DNA of 64,000 nt from an uncultured Desulfarculus sp. Lineage in GTDB: Bacteria; Desulfobacterota; Desulfarculia; Desulfarculales; Desulfarculaceae. Both the position numbers and the translations under genes were made by a program. The first letter of the stretch is position 1. Every line of letters starts with the position of its first letter. Positions 9,167 through 19,333 of this stretch are shown piece after piece. The stretch is from NCBI GenBank assembly GCA_963665125.2, contig CAXXUK010000002.1, positions 448,001 to 512,000 on the forward strand, written 5' to 3'. The notes below the pieces were generated by a model. That model saw only the letters and a program-made list of their open reading frames with translations, was not told the DNA's origin and did not search any database.

Positions 9167-12100
9167 TTACCTCACGCGCCTGGACTCCTGGAAATGCCGC
9201 ACCTGGTGCATGAAGGCCTCCAGGCGCATGTGGTCGCTGGCCAGCTGCTGGCCGTCCATGGACAGGGTCAGTACGGGCACGTTGCCGTTGTCTTCCCGCA
9301 GGCGCTTCATCAGGGCCGTGCAGATGTTGCCGGGCATGCAGTTGAAGGGGATCACGTTGACCACGCCGCTGGCTCCGTCCCGGTACATCTGGCTGCTCTT
9401 GCCAATGGACAGGATCGCCTCGCCTTCGTAGCTGGGGTGCAGATAGGGCCGGGCAAGGCCGAAAATCCGGCCCATTGTCGGCTCCTTGAGATTGTTGATC
9501 AGCCCCTTCCACGGTCTGGACAGATCGTGAACATCCTTGTGCTGGAACAAGTGCTCGATAAAGGTGCTCAATTGCTCCTTGCGTTTGCCCAGGCGGCGGG
9601 CCCGCCACATGCTGCAATAGTTGGTGTAGAGGACCCATTCGCCGATGGTGGGCAGCCAGGCCTGGCCACCCAGGGCCTCGATGGACCGCACCACGTGGTC
9701 ATTGGCGAAACGGTTGACCCTGGTGTAAATCTCGCCCACCACGCCGACCACGGGCTTGGGCCCGCTGCCGTTGAGGGCCAGACCCTGGAAATCCTCCCTG
9801 GCTTCCTGCATGGCCGTGCTCAGATCGCCCCGCTGTTCGATCACATCACATATGCGGGACAATTGCCGCTGATAGACTTCGTCGGCCGCGCCGGGTTTGG
9901 CCTCATAGGGCCTCTTTTCATACAGGGCCTTTTTGAGCAGATCCACCGCCACCGTGCCTTGCCAGGCCAGACGGTTGAAGCCCCCGCCGTATTGCGCTCC
10001 CATTTCCTCGTAGAGCACCTCGGACTGGTCCGGGGCGAAGATGGGCACGTCGCCATAGCCCAAGTCATCCAGGACCAGGCGTTGGAAGCGGTGGTATTGC
10101 CCGAACCGGCAGGGCCCCGTGCCAGAGGGCATGAAGAAGGCCGCCTTGTCCGCCTCGTGGCCGTTGTCCATCAGGACCTTGAGCATGTCGCCGGTGGTCA
10201 GGGCGCAGGGGTAGCATTCCCGGCCCGAAGTATAGCGGCGGCCCAACTCCAGGGTGCGCTCGTCGCTTTCGGGCATGTCCTGGGCCTCCACGCCGAAGGC
10301 CCGGAATGTGGCCACGGCGGCATGGACGTGATCGTCCATGGCCGGGATGTAGAGCTTTTTGTTTTGGATGGACATGTTGCGGCGGGCAATTTTGCGGGGC
10401 TCGGTTTGGGGCGCCGCGACGTTGGACAGCGAATCGATAAATGCCTCCAGCCGGGTGATGGCCCCCACATCGGCGGAATGCTCGTCTATCTCGATCTCCA
10501 GATAGGGTTTGCCGCCCATGGTTTGGCGGAAGAAGTGGCCGATGAAGCTGTCCGGCCCGCAGCCGAAGTTGGTGATGTACACCGGGTACAGGCGCGGGTC
10601 CCGGCGGCAGATGTTCGCGGCGGCCAGGATTTTCTGGCCGTAGCGCCAATACATCTCGGCCAGGTCCGGCTGGGGCATCAGGGCGTCCAGCTCCAGGGCG
10701 TCCATGGGCAGGGCCCATATGCCCAATTGGCGCATCTTTTGGGGCAACCCCAGGTTCAGGCCGGGGTCATAACCGTTGTAGGGGCGGCTGACCACCACCA
10801 TGGCCTTGTCCTCGGGCCCGATCCGGCTCAGGGCCTCCCTGCCACGGGCCAGCATCCAGTCCCGGAAGTCGTTTTGGGCCGCCAGCCCGGCCTCCATGGC
10901 CCGCCGCACGTTGCCGCCGCCCAGGCCCATGCGCTTTACCAACGGTTTGAGGCTTTTGAGCAACTCTTTTTGGCCAAAGCCGAAATGAATGGGCGCGGTG
11001 ATGATGTTGACGCCATTGCCCGCGAAATCAAGCCCGGCCGGGGCGGTGTAGCACAGGGTCTGGGCATAGGGGCAGACCTGGCCGTGGCCCAGTTCATGGC
11101 CCGGCGATTCCAGGGAGATGATGGCCGGCAACAGGATGTTCTTGGCCCCGTTTTCCATCAGTTCCCGCAGGTGGCCGTAGGCGACCTTGATGGGGAAGCA
11201 GGGCTCGTTGACCACCACCTCCACGCCAGCGTGGATCAGCCGCTTGTTGGACGGTCCGCTCAGCTGCACCTCCAGGCCCAAATCTTGGCAGAACGTGCTG
11301 AAAAAGGGCAGAAACTCCCGGAAGAACATGGCCCTGGGGATGGCCACGGCGCCTTTTTGCTTTTTGGGGTCCACGGGCTGGACATAGGAAAGCAGGCGAT
11401 CTTCCCGCTCGGCGAACAGGTCGGGCATGTCCTTGCCCAGGTCGCTGCGCCGGTCCACATCGTATTTTTCGCAACGCGAGCCATAGAACAGGGGTTGTTT
11501 TTCACCCTGGACCTTGACCTTGCGGATGGAGCAGGTGTTGGGGCAGCCGTTGCACTCGAAGATGCTTATGTCGTAGCCGGTCTCGGATACGTCGAAGCCC
11601 TTGAATCTGCTTTTTTCCCAGGTGCGTTCGCGCATGGCCAGGATGGCCGCGCCGATGGCCCCGGTGACGTCGTGATATTCGGGCACGGTTATCTTGCGGC
11701 CCAGCACGGCCTCGAAGGCGGCCACGATGCCCTTGTTGGCGGCCGTGGCTCCCTGATAGAAGATGTTTTTGCCGACGGTCCGGTCTTCGACGACCTTGTT
11801 GAGATAGTTGTGCACAATGGCGTAGGACAGCCCGGCCACCAGGTCGTCCAGGCCCACCCCGGCGGCCTGGTGGGCCACCAGGTCCGACTCCATGAACACG
11901 GTGCATCGTTCGCCCATGGCCACCGGAGCTGGTGCGTCCAGGGCCCGCTGGCCGAATTCGTCCTTGATCTTGATGCCCAGCTTTTCGGCCTGCTCCTCCA
12001 GGAAGGAGCCCGTGCCCGCCGCGCAGACCTTGTTCATGTTGAAATCGACGATGGCCCCGTTGGATAGGGAGATGAACTTGGAGTCCTGGCCGCCGATCTC

Positions 12101-13351
12101 GAAGATGGTGTCCACCTTGGGGTCGATGGCCGCCGCCGCCGTGGCCTGGGCGGTTATTTCGTTTTTGACCAGGTCGCCGCCGATGAAGTCGGCCGTGAGG
12201 AAACGGCCGCTGCCCGTGGTGCAGACGCCCAGGATCTCCACCCTGCCGCCGATCTCCCGGCCCACGGCGGCCAGACCCTGCTTGACGGCGTCCAGGGGGC
12301 GGCCCGCAGTCATCAGGTATTGCCTGCTGAGCACATTGACGTCTTCGTCGATGACCACGACGTTGGTGGATATGGAACCCACGTCCACCCCCAGATAGCC
12401 CCGCAGCGGGCCCTGGTCCGGTATGCGCTGTTCGGATTTGGGCGCTTGGCGGCTCTGGGTCAGCGGCTTGAGGCGTCTGGCCTTTTGGGCCCCCCGGCCA
12501 ACCTGGCGTTCCAGTTCCTCCAGACCGGCCATGGACCGGCGCTCGCCCTTGGACCGGGCCTCCAGGGCCGCGCCCAGAGCCCCCACGCAGCCGTGCATCT
12601 CCGGGACGATCAACTGCTCCTGGTCCAGTTCCAGTACCTCGGCCAGGGCCCGGCGCACGCCGAGATTGGCCGCCACGCCCCCGGTGAAGCACACCGGCGG
12701 GATGATCCGCTTGCCCTTGGCGATGTTGGATTTGAGGTTGCGGGCCACGGCAAAACACAGACCGGCCATGATGTCATGAACCGGCGTGGCCTCCTGTTGC
12801 AGATGGATCATGTCGGTCTTGGCGAACACCGAGCAGCGCCCGGCCAGCCTGGGCGGATTCTGGCTTTTCAGGGCCTCGGCGCTGAATTGTTCTATGCCGT
12901 AGCCCAGGCGGTGGCACTGCTGGTCCAGAAAAGAACCCGTGCCCGCGGCGCACATGGTGTTCATGGCGAAATCGTCGATATACAGTCCGCCCTGGCCGTC
13001 GGGCGAAACCAGGATCAGCTTGGCGTCCTCGCCGCCCATGTCGATCACGGCCCGCGCCTCCGGGTGGAGCATGCCCACGCCGGTGGCCAGAGCCATGATT
13101 TCGTTGGTGCGTCCGGCGTTGAGCAGTGGGGCCAGGCTGTCGGCTCCGCTGCCGGTAACGCAGCAGGCGGCAATATCTTGAGCTGGATATTTTTGGAATA
13201 TTTGGCCAAGGACATCACGGGCCGTTTCCAACGGACGGCCCATTATGCGGGTGTACTGGCTCCACAACACCCTGCCGTCCCGGTCGAGAACAACCGAATC
13301 CAGGCTGACCGAAGCCAAATCCAAACCCAACCAAAGATCCCCCATCTCCAT
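9167..13351 (-). CDS. Acyl-CoA dehydratase activase-related protein (two BadF/BcrAD ATPase domains + DUF2229-like C-terminus)
   Basis: Two IDxGG(E/Q)DxK / MNxxCAAGTGSFL / RC(S/T)VF repeats; C-terminal PCFPIK, CGPDS, GPCRFGQY, PFNCMPG motifs. Confidence 0.88.
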   Translation of the reverse strand: MEMGDLWLGLDLASVSLDSVVLDRDGRVLWSQYTRIMGRPLETARDVLGQIFQKYPAQDIAACCVTGSGADSLAPLLNAGRTNEIMALATGVGMLHPEARAVIDMGGEDAKLILVSPDGQGGLYIDDFAMNTMCAAGTGSFLDQQCHRLGYGIEQFSAEALKSQNPPRLAGRCSVFAKTDMIHLQQEATPVHDIMAGLCFAVARNLKSNIAKGKRIIPPVCFTGGVAANLGVRRALAEVLELDQEQLIVPEMHGCVGALGAALEARSKGERRSMAGLEELERQVGRGAQKARRLKPLTQSRQAPKSEQRIPDQGPLRGYLGVDVGSISTNVVVIDEDVNVLSRQYLMTAGRPLDAVKQGLAAVGREIGGRVEILGVCTTGSGRFLTADFIGGDLVKNEITAQATAAAAIDPKVDTIFEIGGQDSKFISLSNGAIVDFNMNKVCAAGTGSFLEEQAEKLGIKIKDEFGQRALDAPAPVAMGERCTVFMESDLVAHQAAGVGLDDLVAGLSYAIVHNYLNKVVEDRTVGKNIFYQGATAANKGIVAAFEAVLGRKITVPEYHDVTGAIGAAILAMRERTWEKSRFKGFDVSETGYDISIFECNGCPNTCSIRKVKVQGEKQPLFYGSRCEKYDVDRRSDLGKDMPDLFAEREDRLLSYVQPVDPKKQKGAVAIPRAMFFREFLPFFSTFCQDLGLEVQLSGPSNKRLIHAGVEVVVNEPCFPIKVAYGHLRELMENGAKNILLPAIISLESPGHELGHGQVCPYAQTLCYTAPAGLDFAGNGVNIITAPIHFGFGQKELLKSLKPLVKRMGLGGGNVRRAMEAGLAAQNDFRDWMLARGREALSRIGPEDKAMVVVSRPYNGYDPGLNLGLPQKMRQLGIWALPMDALELDALMPQPDLAEMYWRYGQKILAAANICRRDPRLYPVYITNFGCGPDSFIGHFFRQTMGGKPYLEIEIDEHSADVGAITRLEAFIDSLSNVAAPQTEPRKIARRNMSIQNKKLYIPAMDDHVHAAVATFRAFGVEAQDMPESDERTLELGRRYTSGRECYPCALTTGDMLKVLMDNGHEADKAAFFMPSGTGPCRFGQYHRFQRLVLDDLGYGDVPIFAPDQSEVLYEEMGAQYGGGFNRLAWQGTVAVDLLKKALYEKRPYEAKPGAADEVYQRQLSRICDVIEQRGDLSTAMQEAREDFQGLALNGSGPKPVVGVVGEIYTRVNRFANDHVVRSIEALGGQAWLPTIGEWVLYTNYCSMWRARRLGKRKEQLSTFIEHLFQHKDVHDLSRPWKGLINNLKEPTMGRIFGLARPYLHPSYEGEAILSIGKSSQMYRDGASGVVNVIPFNCMPGNICTALMKRLREDNGNVPVLTLSMDGQQLASDHMRLEAFMHQVRHFQESRRVR

Positions 13352-13703
13352 TTTCTCCAGTTTGAATGCTTTAGGTGCGCCGAAGAAGCGGTCAATTAAT
13401 CATGAACTATTATTAAGCGATTGTGAAGGCTTGGAAAAGGGGCTTCCTCGATAACACGAGAAAAAATTCAAAGCTGCCAGGCGCCCGGGTCGTTTGCCGC
13501 CGGTTTTTGGAACGGGTGTGGCCTTGCTATTTGAAAAAAAAGCCGATGGGCCGCAACATCTCCTTATAATTAAGATATCAGCGAACATCATTGAGAATTC
13601 CACCGGATATACGGATATGAGGTGAGGTGGTTGTCAGGGTGTATGGTGTCGCGTTCTGGTCCTGCTTAATTGGCAGGGCGCCCAACAGACAAGCGGGTGA
13701 TGT

Positions 13704-14897
13704 ATGAAGCCTCCCCAGAGCAAGAGACAACGGATGAATGAGATTTTAAAACACGGCCAAAGAAACAAATATTTCTTCATTACCGCCGCGACATTGCTAC
13801 CCATTGTATCGTTATTGTTATTTGTCTTTGTTACCTCCTACCATCCGGTTTTTACGACAATGGAAAAAATAGTACAAAAATCACTGGGGGAAATAGAACC
13901 GCTGCGTAATTTGCAGGTGGCCCTATTGAATGCGGGAATGCCACCCAATGACTATCTGATTCATGGTAATGACCTGGAAAAGCAATACTGGGAAGAGTCT
14001 AAAAGCCAGGTTGACGCCGCCTTTGCCATTGCGCTGAAAACCCATTATGCGGGGCCAAAAAAAACTACCGTTGTCCAGTTGCGAAAACAGTGGCAAGAGT
14101 CGGCCTCAATGGGGGACAGGTTGTTTGAGGGGGCCAAGACCAACTGCGTACCGGCCGAAAAGGGCGATGCCATGGAGCGGTTTGACCATAGCCTGTTTTT
14201 GATTTCACAACAACTGGAGGAGGTCGTCGGTCAGTTGCAACAAGAGGCCCATGAACACCATGCCCAGGTTGAAAAACTGCGGTATAAAGGCCTGATTATC
14301 ACAATTTCGGCAATAATCTTGGGCCTTTTGACAGGCATAGGCGGCAGCGTATGGCTGACCCGGGCCCGGAAGAAGATGGTGGCAATATCTTTGTATGACA
14401 CCCTCACCGGAATACTGAACAGGCGTGCCCTTGATGTAAAGCTGGACCAAATTCACAATGACTACCAGGCCACAGCATCGCCGGGGTTCTCCGTGCTTCT
14501 TCTGGACATCGACCATTTCAAGAAAGTCAACGACCAATACGGCCATGATGCCGGTGATGTTGTGTTGAATTCATTTGCCCAGCAAACCGGTAAAATGATC
14601 CGCAGCAATGATGTTTTCGGCCGCTTTGGCGGAGAAGAATTTCTGGTGTTGCTGCCGGAAACGGATATGGACAAGGCGGCGCTGTTGGCCGAGCGCATCC
14701 GCAAGGGGATTGAGGAAACCGCCATCTGGATTCCAGGCGTTGAGGGGCGCATCGAAATAACGGTCAGCATCGGGTGCGCTAGTTCCGCAGGAAAAGGCCT
14801 CTCCGTGCACGAAATAGTTCAGGCTGCCGATAAGGCCATGTATCAGGCTAAAAACACGGGACGAAACCGGGTGGTTTGCGCCTCCATGGATGCGTAG
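13704..14897 (+). CDS. Membrane diguanylate cyclase with periplasmic helical sensor
   Basis: Two TMs; DIDHFKKVNDQYGHDAGD; RSND I-site; GGEEF. Confidence 0.9.
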   Translation: MKPPQSKRQRMNEILKHGQRNKYFFITAATLLPIVSLLLFVFVTSYHPVFTTMEKIVQKSLGEIEPLRNLQVALLNAGMPPNDYLIHGNDLEKQYWEESKSQVDAAFAIALKTHYAGPKKTTVVQLRKQWQESASMGDRLFEGAKTNCVPAEKGDAMERFDHSLFLISQQLEEVVGQLQQEAHEHHAQVEKLRYKGLIITISAIILGLLTGIGGSVWLTRARKKMVAISLYDTLTGILNRRALDVKLDQIHNDYQATASPGFSVLLLDIDHFKKVNDQYGHDAGDVVLNSFAQQTGKMIRSNDVFGRFGGEEFLVLLPETDMDKAALLAERIRKGIEETAIWIPGVEGRIEITVSIGCASSAGKGLSVHEIVQAADKAMYQAKNTGRNRVVCASMDA

Positions 14898-15186
14898 CGC
14901 CGGTTGCTGTTTTTTCCGCAGGGCCTGTGGCTATTGCCTGAATAGGCATAGCCCTCCAAATGGAGAATACCCATTTGGTCCCTGTAGCCAAGATCAATCC
15001 CTGCCGTGGCGGTCCCGCATTCCCGCTCGGATAAAGCGCATAATTGAGGCCTTTGGGCGGCGCAACCCCCTGAACACGATTTTGTTGTTGCAATATTCTT
15101 TTTATCTAATATGATTAGCCGGAACTAATAATACATTAAAAGGTTAATAATAAATAACATTACCTGATGGCAGCCAAGGAGCGGAA

Positions 15187-15852
15187 ATGGCCAGTGTGCA
15201 CAGTGCCGCGGTAGGGAAAAACAACGACTGTAATTATACGATTGAAGCCGTATCTTCGGATATTCACCAGTTTGCCGAGTCGCTGGGAAATGCCATTGAC
15301 GCCAAGGACCATTTTACCCGGCAACACTCCGAGGAAGTCGCCGTGGTGGCTCATACCTTGGCTTTGGGTTTGGGCCTGCCCCCGTGCATGGCCGACCATA
15401 TCCATATAGCCGGGCATTTGCATGATATCGGTAAAATCGGCATCCCCGACGCCGTGCTTCAGAAACCGGGCAAATTGACGGATGACGAGTGGGAGTTGAT
15501 CCGGCGGCATCCCAAAATGGGCGCCGATATTATTCGGCCCGTTAATTTTCTGGCGGCCAGCGGGGTGGTGGAGATGGTCTATCATCACCACGAACGCTGG
15601 GACGGCAAGGGATATCCCCGCGGCCTTGGCGGCGACAGGATTCCCCTGGGCTCACGGATCATAGCTGTGGCCGACACCTTGTCGGCAATGTTGCAGGACC
15701 GCCCCTACCGCGAAAAATTGGGTTTCCGGCAAGCCGCCGCCGAAATAACCGCCAATGCCGGGCGGCAATTCGACCCGACCGTGGTCGAGGTGTTCGTACG
15801 CCGGATAAAGCAGATTCAACAACTCATCGCCGATCTGAAGGGCGGCCTCTAA
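15187..15852 (+). CDS. Stand-alone HD-GYP phosphodiesterase
   Basis: HSEEVA, LHDIGKIGIPD, HHERWDGKGYP, IIAVAD motifs. Confidence 0.9.
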   Translation: MASVHSAAVGKNNDCNYTIEAVSSDIHQFAESLGNAIDAKDHFTRQHSEEVAVVAHTLALGLGLPPCMADHIHIAGHLHDIGKIGIPDAVLQKPGKLTDDEWELIRRHPKMGADIIRPVNFLAASGVVEMVYHHHERWDGKGYPRGLGGDRIPLGSRIIAVADTLSAMLQDRPYREKLGFRQAAAEITANAGRQFDPTVVEVFVRRIKQIQQLIADLKGGL

Positions 15853-15870
15853 CGCGGGCCCTGTCCGGGC

Positions 15871-17007
15871 CTACTTCTTGCCCGGCTCCATCTCGACCCG
15901 CACCCCGGCCTTGGCCCAGGCCTTGGGCAGCTTTTCGGCCCCTTCCAGGGAGTTGATCATGATCCTTACCTTGCGGCCGTCCCGGAGGTGCAGCTCCCAG
16001 CCGACTTCAATATTGCCCTGGATGAGCAGGGCCTGGCCCATGGCTGTGGGGTTGCCCGCCCCGAAGAACATCAGACCCCAGACCAGCCAGCGGGGTGCAT
16101 GGCGTTCGTAGGGCTGGGCCTTTGCGATATCGGAATATTTGAAGTGTTCCACGCCTCTCAGGCTGGCCCTGGTAAAGTCCTTGGCCCCCACCTGGAGCCA
16201 TATCGAGGCATACCTGGCGGCAACGCCCAGCAGGGCCACCCCGCAGGCGGCCATGGGCCCCCAAAAAATCAGGGTCAGCACGGTCCAGCCGCCGTCAAAA
16301 TTGAAAACGCTCCAGATGTCGGAATTGTCGGGGATAATCAACAGCGGCAGGCCGAAAAACACTCCGGCGAACAAGAGGCCCAGGATGTCGGGCCCGATTT
16401 GGGAACTGAAACGGCCATAGGTGTAGGCGCCCTCGGGGTGTTTGCGGCGGGGTATGAACAAATAGCCCAACAACCCCAGCAACAGCGGCACCCAGGCATA
16501 GCCGCGGGTGGGATAGAGCAGCCACGAGGGGGCGTTGCTGGCCCAGCGGTACAGCTGGGAGCTCAGACCCATGAAATAACGCCTGCCGTCCATGGTCATG
16601 GTCAGGTAGGTGTAGCCGTCTCTGGGCATGCCAACCGAGGCCATGGGCTCATCGTCCGGGCCGAAATAGTAATATTTGGCGTAACCCCTGCCAATGGTGT
16701 ATAGGCGGTCCTGGAGCATCTCCGGCAGGGGGCCGTTCTGGGCCCGGAGCATGGCCTTCAGCAACTCCTGCCATTGGGGGCCGGAGACCTGCTTCAGACG
16801 CCCCTCGACCTTTTTGGCCATGTATTGGTCCAGGGGCATGTTGCGATCATCCTTCCAGCGCTCTTTTTGCTGGGCGGCCCGGAAATCAACCAAGCTCACA
16901 CTATAGACGTATTCCGCAGGCCATAAATAAAACCAGACGGCCATGAGCAGGCCGACCAGGACGGCCAGTCTACGCAACACCTCGGGATGGAGCATTATCT
17001 TGATCAT
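15871..17007 (-). CDS. Hypothetical membrane protein with periplasmic domain and PH-like C-terminus
   Basis: Likely start MIKIML at 17007; 4-5 hydrophobic segments; coding-like composition. Confidence 0.6.
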   Translation of the reverse strand: MIKIMLHPEVLRRLAVLVGLLMAVWFYLWPAEYVYSVSLVDFRAAQQKERWKDDRNMPLDQYMAKKVEGRLKQVSGPQWQELLKAMLRAQNGPLPEMLQDRLYTIGRGYAKYYYFGPDDEPMASVGMPRDGYTYLTMTMDGRRYFMGLSSQLYRWASNAPSWLLYPTRGYAWVPLLLGLLGYLFIPRRKHPEGAYTYGRFSSQIGPDILGLLFAGVFFGLPLLIIPDNSDIWSVFNFDGGWTVLTLIFWGPMAACGVALLGVAARYASIWLQVGAKDFTRASLRGVEHFKYSDIAKAQPYERHAPRWLVWGLMFFGAGNPTAMGQALLIQGNIEVGWELHLRDGRKVRIMINSLEGAEKLPKAWAKAGVRVEMEPGKK

Positions 17008-17273
17008 GGGGTCGCTCTCTTGGAGATGGTTCGATTCAATGCCGCGAGGCGGTGGGGGCTGCCTCGGCAACGGCCGGGCCTTGGCTGGCTCCGGGGTTTT
17101 GGAGGGGCCTCTCCCAAGCAATAGAGCATAGCACATGGACGCCGCCGAACGAACATCTTGCATGGTTTCGCTTTGCGGGACGGCACGATAAAAAGGCCAC
17201 GGCCAGGGTGATTGCACTTGTCATACGGGCAAAGCAAGTTCAATCTGCTTTGTATTTTTCAAGAGTGGCCGAA

Positions 17274-17714
17274 ATGAAGAAATATGCGATCAAGGCGTTT
17301 TTATTGTTCATGGGGTTGATCCTGGCCTCCTATGCCGTCGTGGCGCCAATGCTGGGTTTTTTCGGCGCCAAGGCCACGGCCCATATTACCGATATCCGCC
17401 GCTGTCGTGGCGAGCGCAACGAAGCCGTTCGCAACCGCTATGATTATGGGGTCGGGTTCTATTTCAAGCTTCCCAATGGGGAAAGGGTCGAAGGCGGAAC
17501 CACGGTGGTGGGCAGTTCCTACAGCGCGGGCATCGCCAAGGGCCCGGCCACGGTCTATTATTTCCCTGCCTGGCCCAGGATACACGTCCTGGAGCGGGAG
17601 GCCGGGTTGACTTGGGATAAACCGATTCTGTTGGCGGTGGGCATCGCCCTTGTCGTCATCGCCCTGAAAAAAGAAAAACCGCGGCCAAGTAAAAAGCAGC
17701 GGGCCGTTACGTGA
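17274..17714 (+). CDS. DUF3592-like small membrane protein
   Basis: TM - beta-rich segment (YDYGVGFYF...TVYYFP) - TM; start MKKYAIK. Confidence 0.55.
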   Translation: MKKYAIKAFLLFMGLILASYAVVAPMLGFFGAKATAHITDIRRCRGERNEAVRNRYDYGVGFYFKLPNGERVEGGTTVVGSSYSAGIAKGPATVYYFPAWPRIHVLEREAGLTWDKPILLAVGIALVVIALKKEKPRPSKKQRAVT

Positions 17715-18570
17715 CAGCGTCGTCCATCAAATCGGGGTAGAGTTTTTGAAGGCAATCCGGGCAGATGCTGTGGGTCATTTCCGCTCCGGTATGCTCGGCC
17801 AGATACCTTTCCACCTGCTGCCAATAGCCCTGGTCATCACGTATTTTTTTGCAGTTGGCGCAGATTGGCAGAAAGCCCTTGAGATCGACTATCTCCTGTT
17901 TCGCGGAGATCAGGTCGTTTTCAAGGCGCGTGGAATTGATGCTTATCAGCCCGGCCATGATGATGGTGTTGAGCGCGATATAGGCAATGATGGATACCGC
18001 ATATGGCGCGCCGGCGTTCATCAGGTTGCTCAAGTTTGTTTTCCAGAACAACGCGGTGACGCCGCCGCAGACCGACAGCAGACAGATTCCCAGAAAAGAC
18101 CCGGCCAGCAGGCAATTGCAGTGGCCCAGCACCTTGGCCACGGGTCTGTGGGCCAGCAATGTGGCCCTCAGGTAAAATACCGAAAGCCAAAGCCCTAAAA
18201 AGCCGGTACGGATATGAACATTGTATTGCTGGAACGTGAAATAGGATTGCAGAGAGAGCAGGCTGACCACCGCGGCAATGTCGAACCAGATATAGGTCCG
18301 CGCTCCGCTGAATATGGCCAGGCCCCGGCAAAGAAAAATCGCAGCCAAAATAAGGAATCCGTTGACCGCGAGAATCGACAAGGCTTCGGGTGCCCAACTG
18401 CGCGCGCTTATGGCCACCAAGCCCACGAAATTGGCGATGAACGCCGCACACCAGTATCCGAAACCGGGGTATGTCCTTCGCCGCAGGGCCACGTGCAGCA
18501 TACAGATGAACATGGCCAGGGCCGTGGTTCCGGTGACGAAGCTCAGGGTTCTTACGTCAAGAATCTGCAT
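17707..18570 (-). CDS. 7-TM sensor-like membrane protein with C-terminal CxxC...HxxCxxC domain
   Basis: Seven hydrophobic helices, then LKGFLPICANCKKIRDDQGYW...THSICPDC, a tail common on deltaproteobacterial signalling proteins. Confidence 0.7.
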   Translation of the reverse strand: MQILDVRTLSFVTGTTALAMFICMLHVALRRRTYPGFGYWCAAFIANFVGLVAISARSWAPEALSILAVNGFLILAAIFLCRGLAIFSGARTYIWFDIAAVVSLLSLQSYFTFQQYNVHIRTGFLGLWLSVFYLRATLLAHRPVAKVLGHCNCLLAGSFLGICLLSVCGGVTALFWKTNLSNLMNAGAPYAVSIIAYIALNTIIMAGLISINSTRLENDLISAKQEIVDLKGFLPICANCKKIRDDQGYWQQVERYLAEHTGAEMTHSICPDCLQKLYPDLMDDAVT

Positions 18571-18775
18571 AATTTATTCCAGCGGAATTATTAATCGCCG
18601 CAATATAATTTAGTATCATCCAAGTGTGTTCCCCAAGACAACAAGAACGCCTTGGCATGCCTAAAATAACTACATGTTATAGGTTTTTGTTGATCCGGCG
18701 GCGCCAAGACAGCGCGACGGGGACAAGGTTGATCTTTCCGATTGTTTTAAGGGTCGTGGAGAAAGGAAGCAAAGG

Positions 18776-19276
18776 ATGGGGCGGAAAGAAATCAACATCC
18801 GCCGGGCCGGAGAAGGCGAGGCCCCGGTTTTGGCGGGCATCATCAGGCGGGCCTTCGCGGGCGTTGCCCAACGTTTCGGCTTGACGCCCGAAAACTGCCC
18901 CAAACATCCTTCCAACTGCACCGATGAGTGGATCGTCAATGACCGGCAAAGGGGAACTGTTTATTATCTGCTGGAGATCGACGGCGCCTCCGTTGGTTGC
19001 GTCGGCCTGGAAACGGTCCGTGAAGGCATGTGCTATTTGGAGCGCCTGGCCGTCTTGCCCGCCTTTCGGCGCAGGGGTCTGGGCCGCGGGCTGGTGGAGC
19101 ATGTCTTTGACCGGGCCGGAGAAATGGACGCCGGGTGCATCGGCATTGGCATCATCGCCGCCCAGGACGAGTTGAAGTCATGGTACCGGGACCTGGGTTT
19201 CATTGAAAAAGACACCAGGCATTTCGATCACCTGCCCTTTGACGTCACCTTCATGGAATACGCCCTGAACCGCTGA
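18776..19276 (+). CDS. GNAT family N-acetyltransferase
   Basis: LERLAVLPAFRRRGLGRGL motif A; WYRDLGF. Confidence 0.88.
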   Translation: MGRKEINIRRAGEGEAPVLAGIIRRAFAGVAQRFGLTPENCPKHPSNCTDEWIVNDRQRGTVYYLLEIDGASVGCVGLETVREGMCYLERLAVLPAFRRRGLGRGLVEHVFDRAGEMDAGCIGIGIIAAQDELKSWYRDLGFIEKDTRHFDHLPFDVTFMEYALNR

Positions 19277-19333
19277 AAGCTGCTTTGAGGGTTCTCCAAC
19301 CGCCCCAAACAGGGCGGCCGGAGAACCATGCGA

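Noticed and set aside
8999..12067. 1022-aa plus-strand ORF, and similar long antisense ORFs (1367-2908, 7130-8599, 38558-40792, 45709-47523, 57957-59366, 60900-62849)
   Set aside because: Shadow frames opposite well-supported genes in GC-rich DNA; no recognisable motifs.
13508..13523. Sigma54-like TGGAACG-N4-TGGC upstream of the DGC
   Set aside because: GG-N10-GC spacing fits but the -12 TTGC is imperfect; could easily be chance.
14900..15186. c-di-GMP riboswitch between the DGC and HD-GYP genes
   Set aside because: No GEMM-type GGCAAA...GAAA...CGCAAAG arrangement visible.
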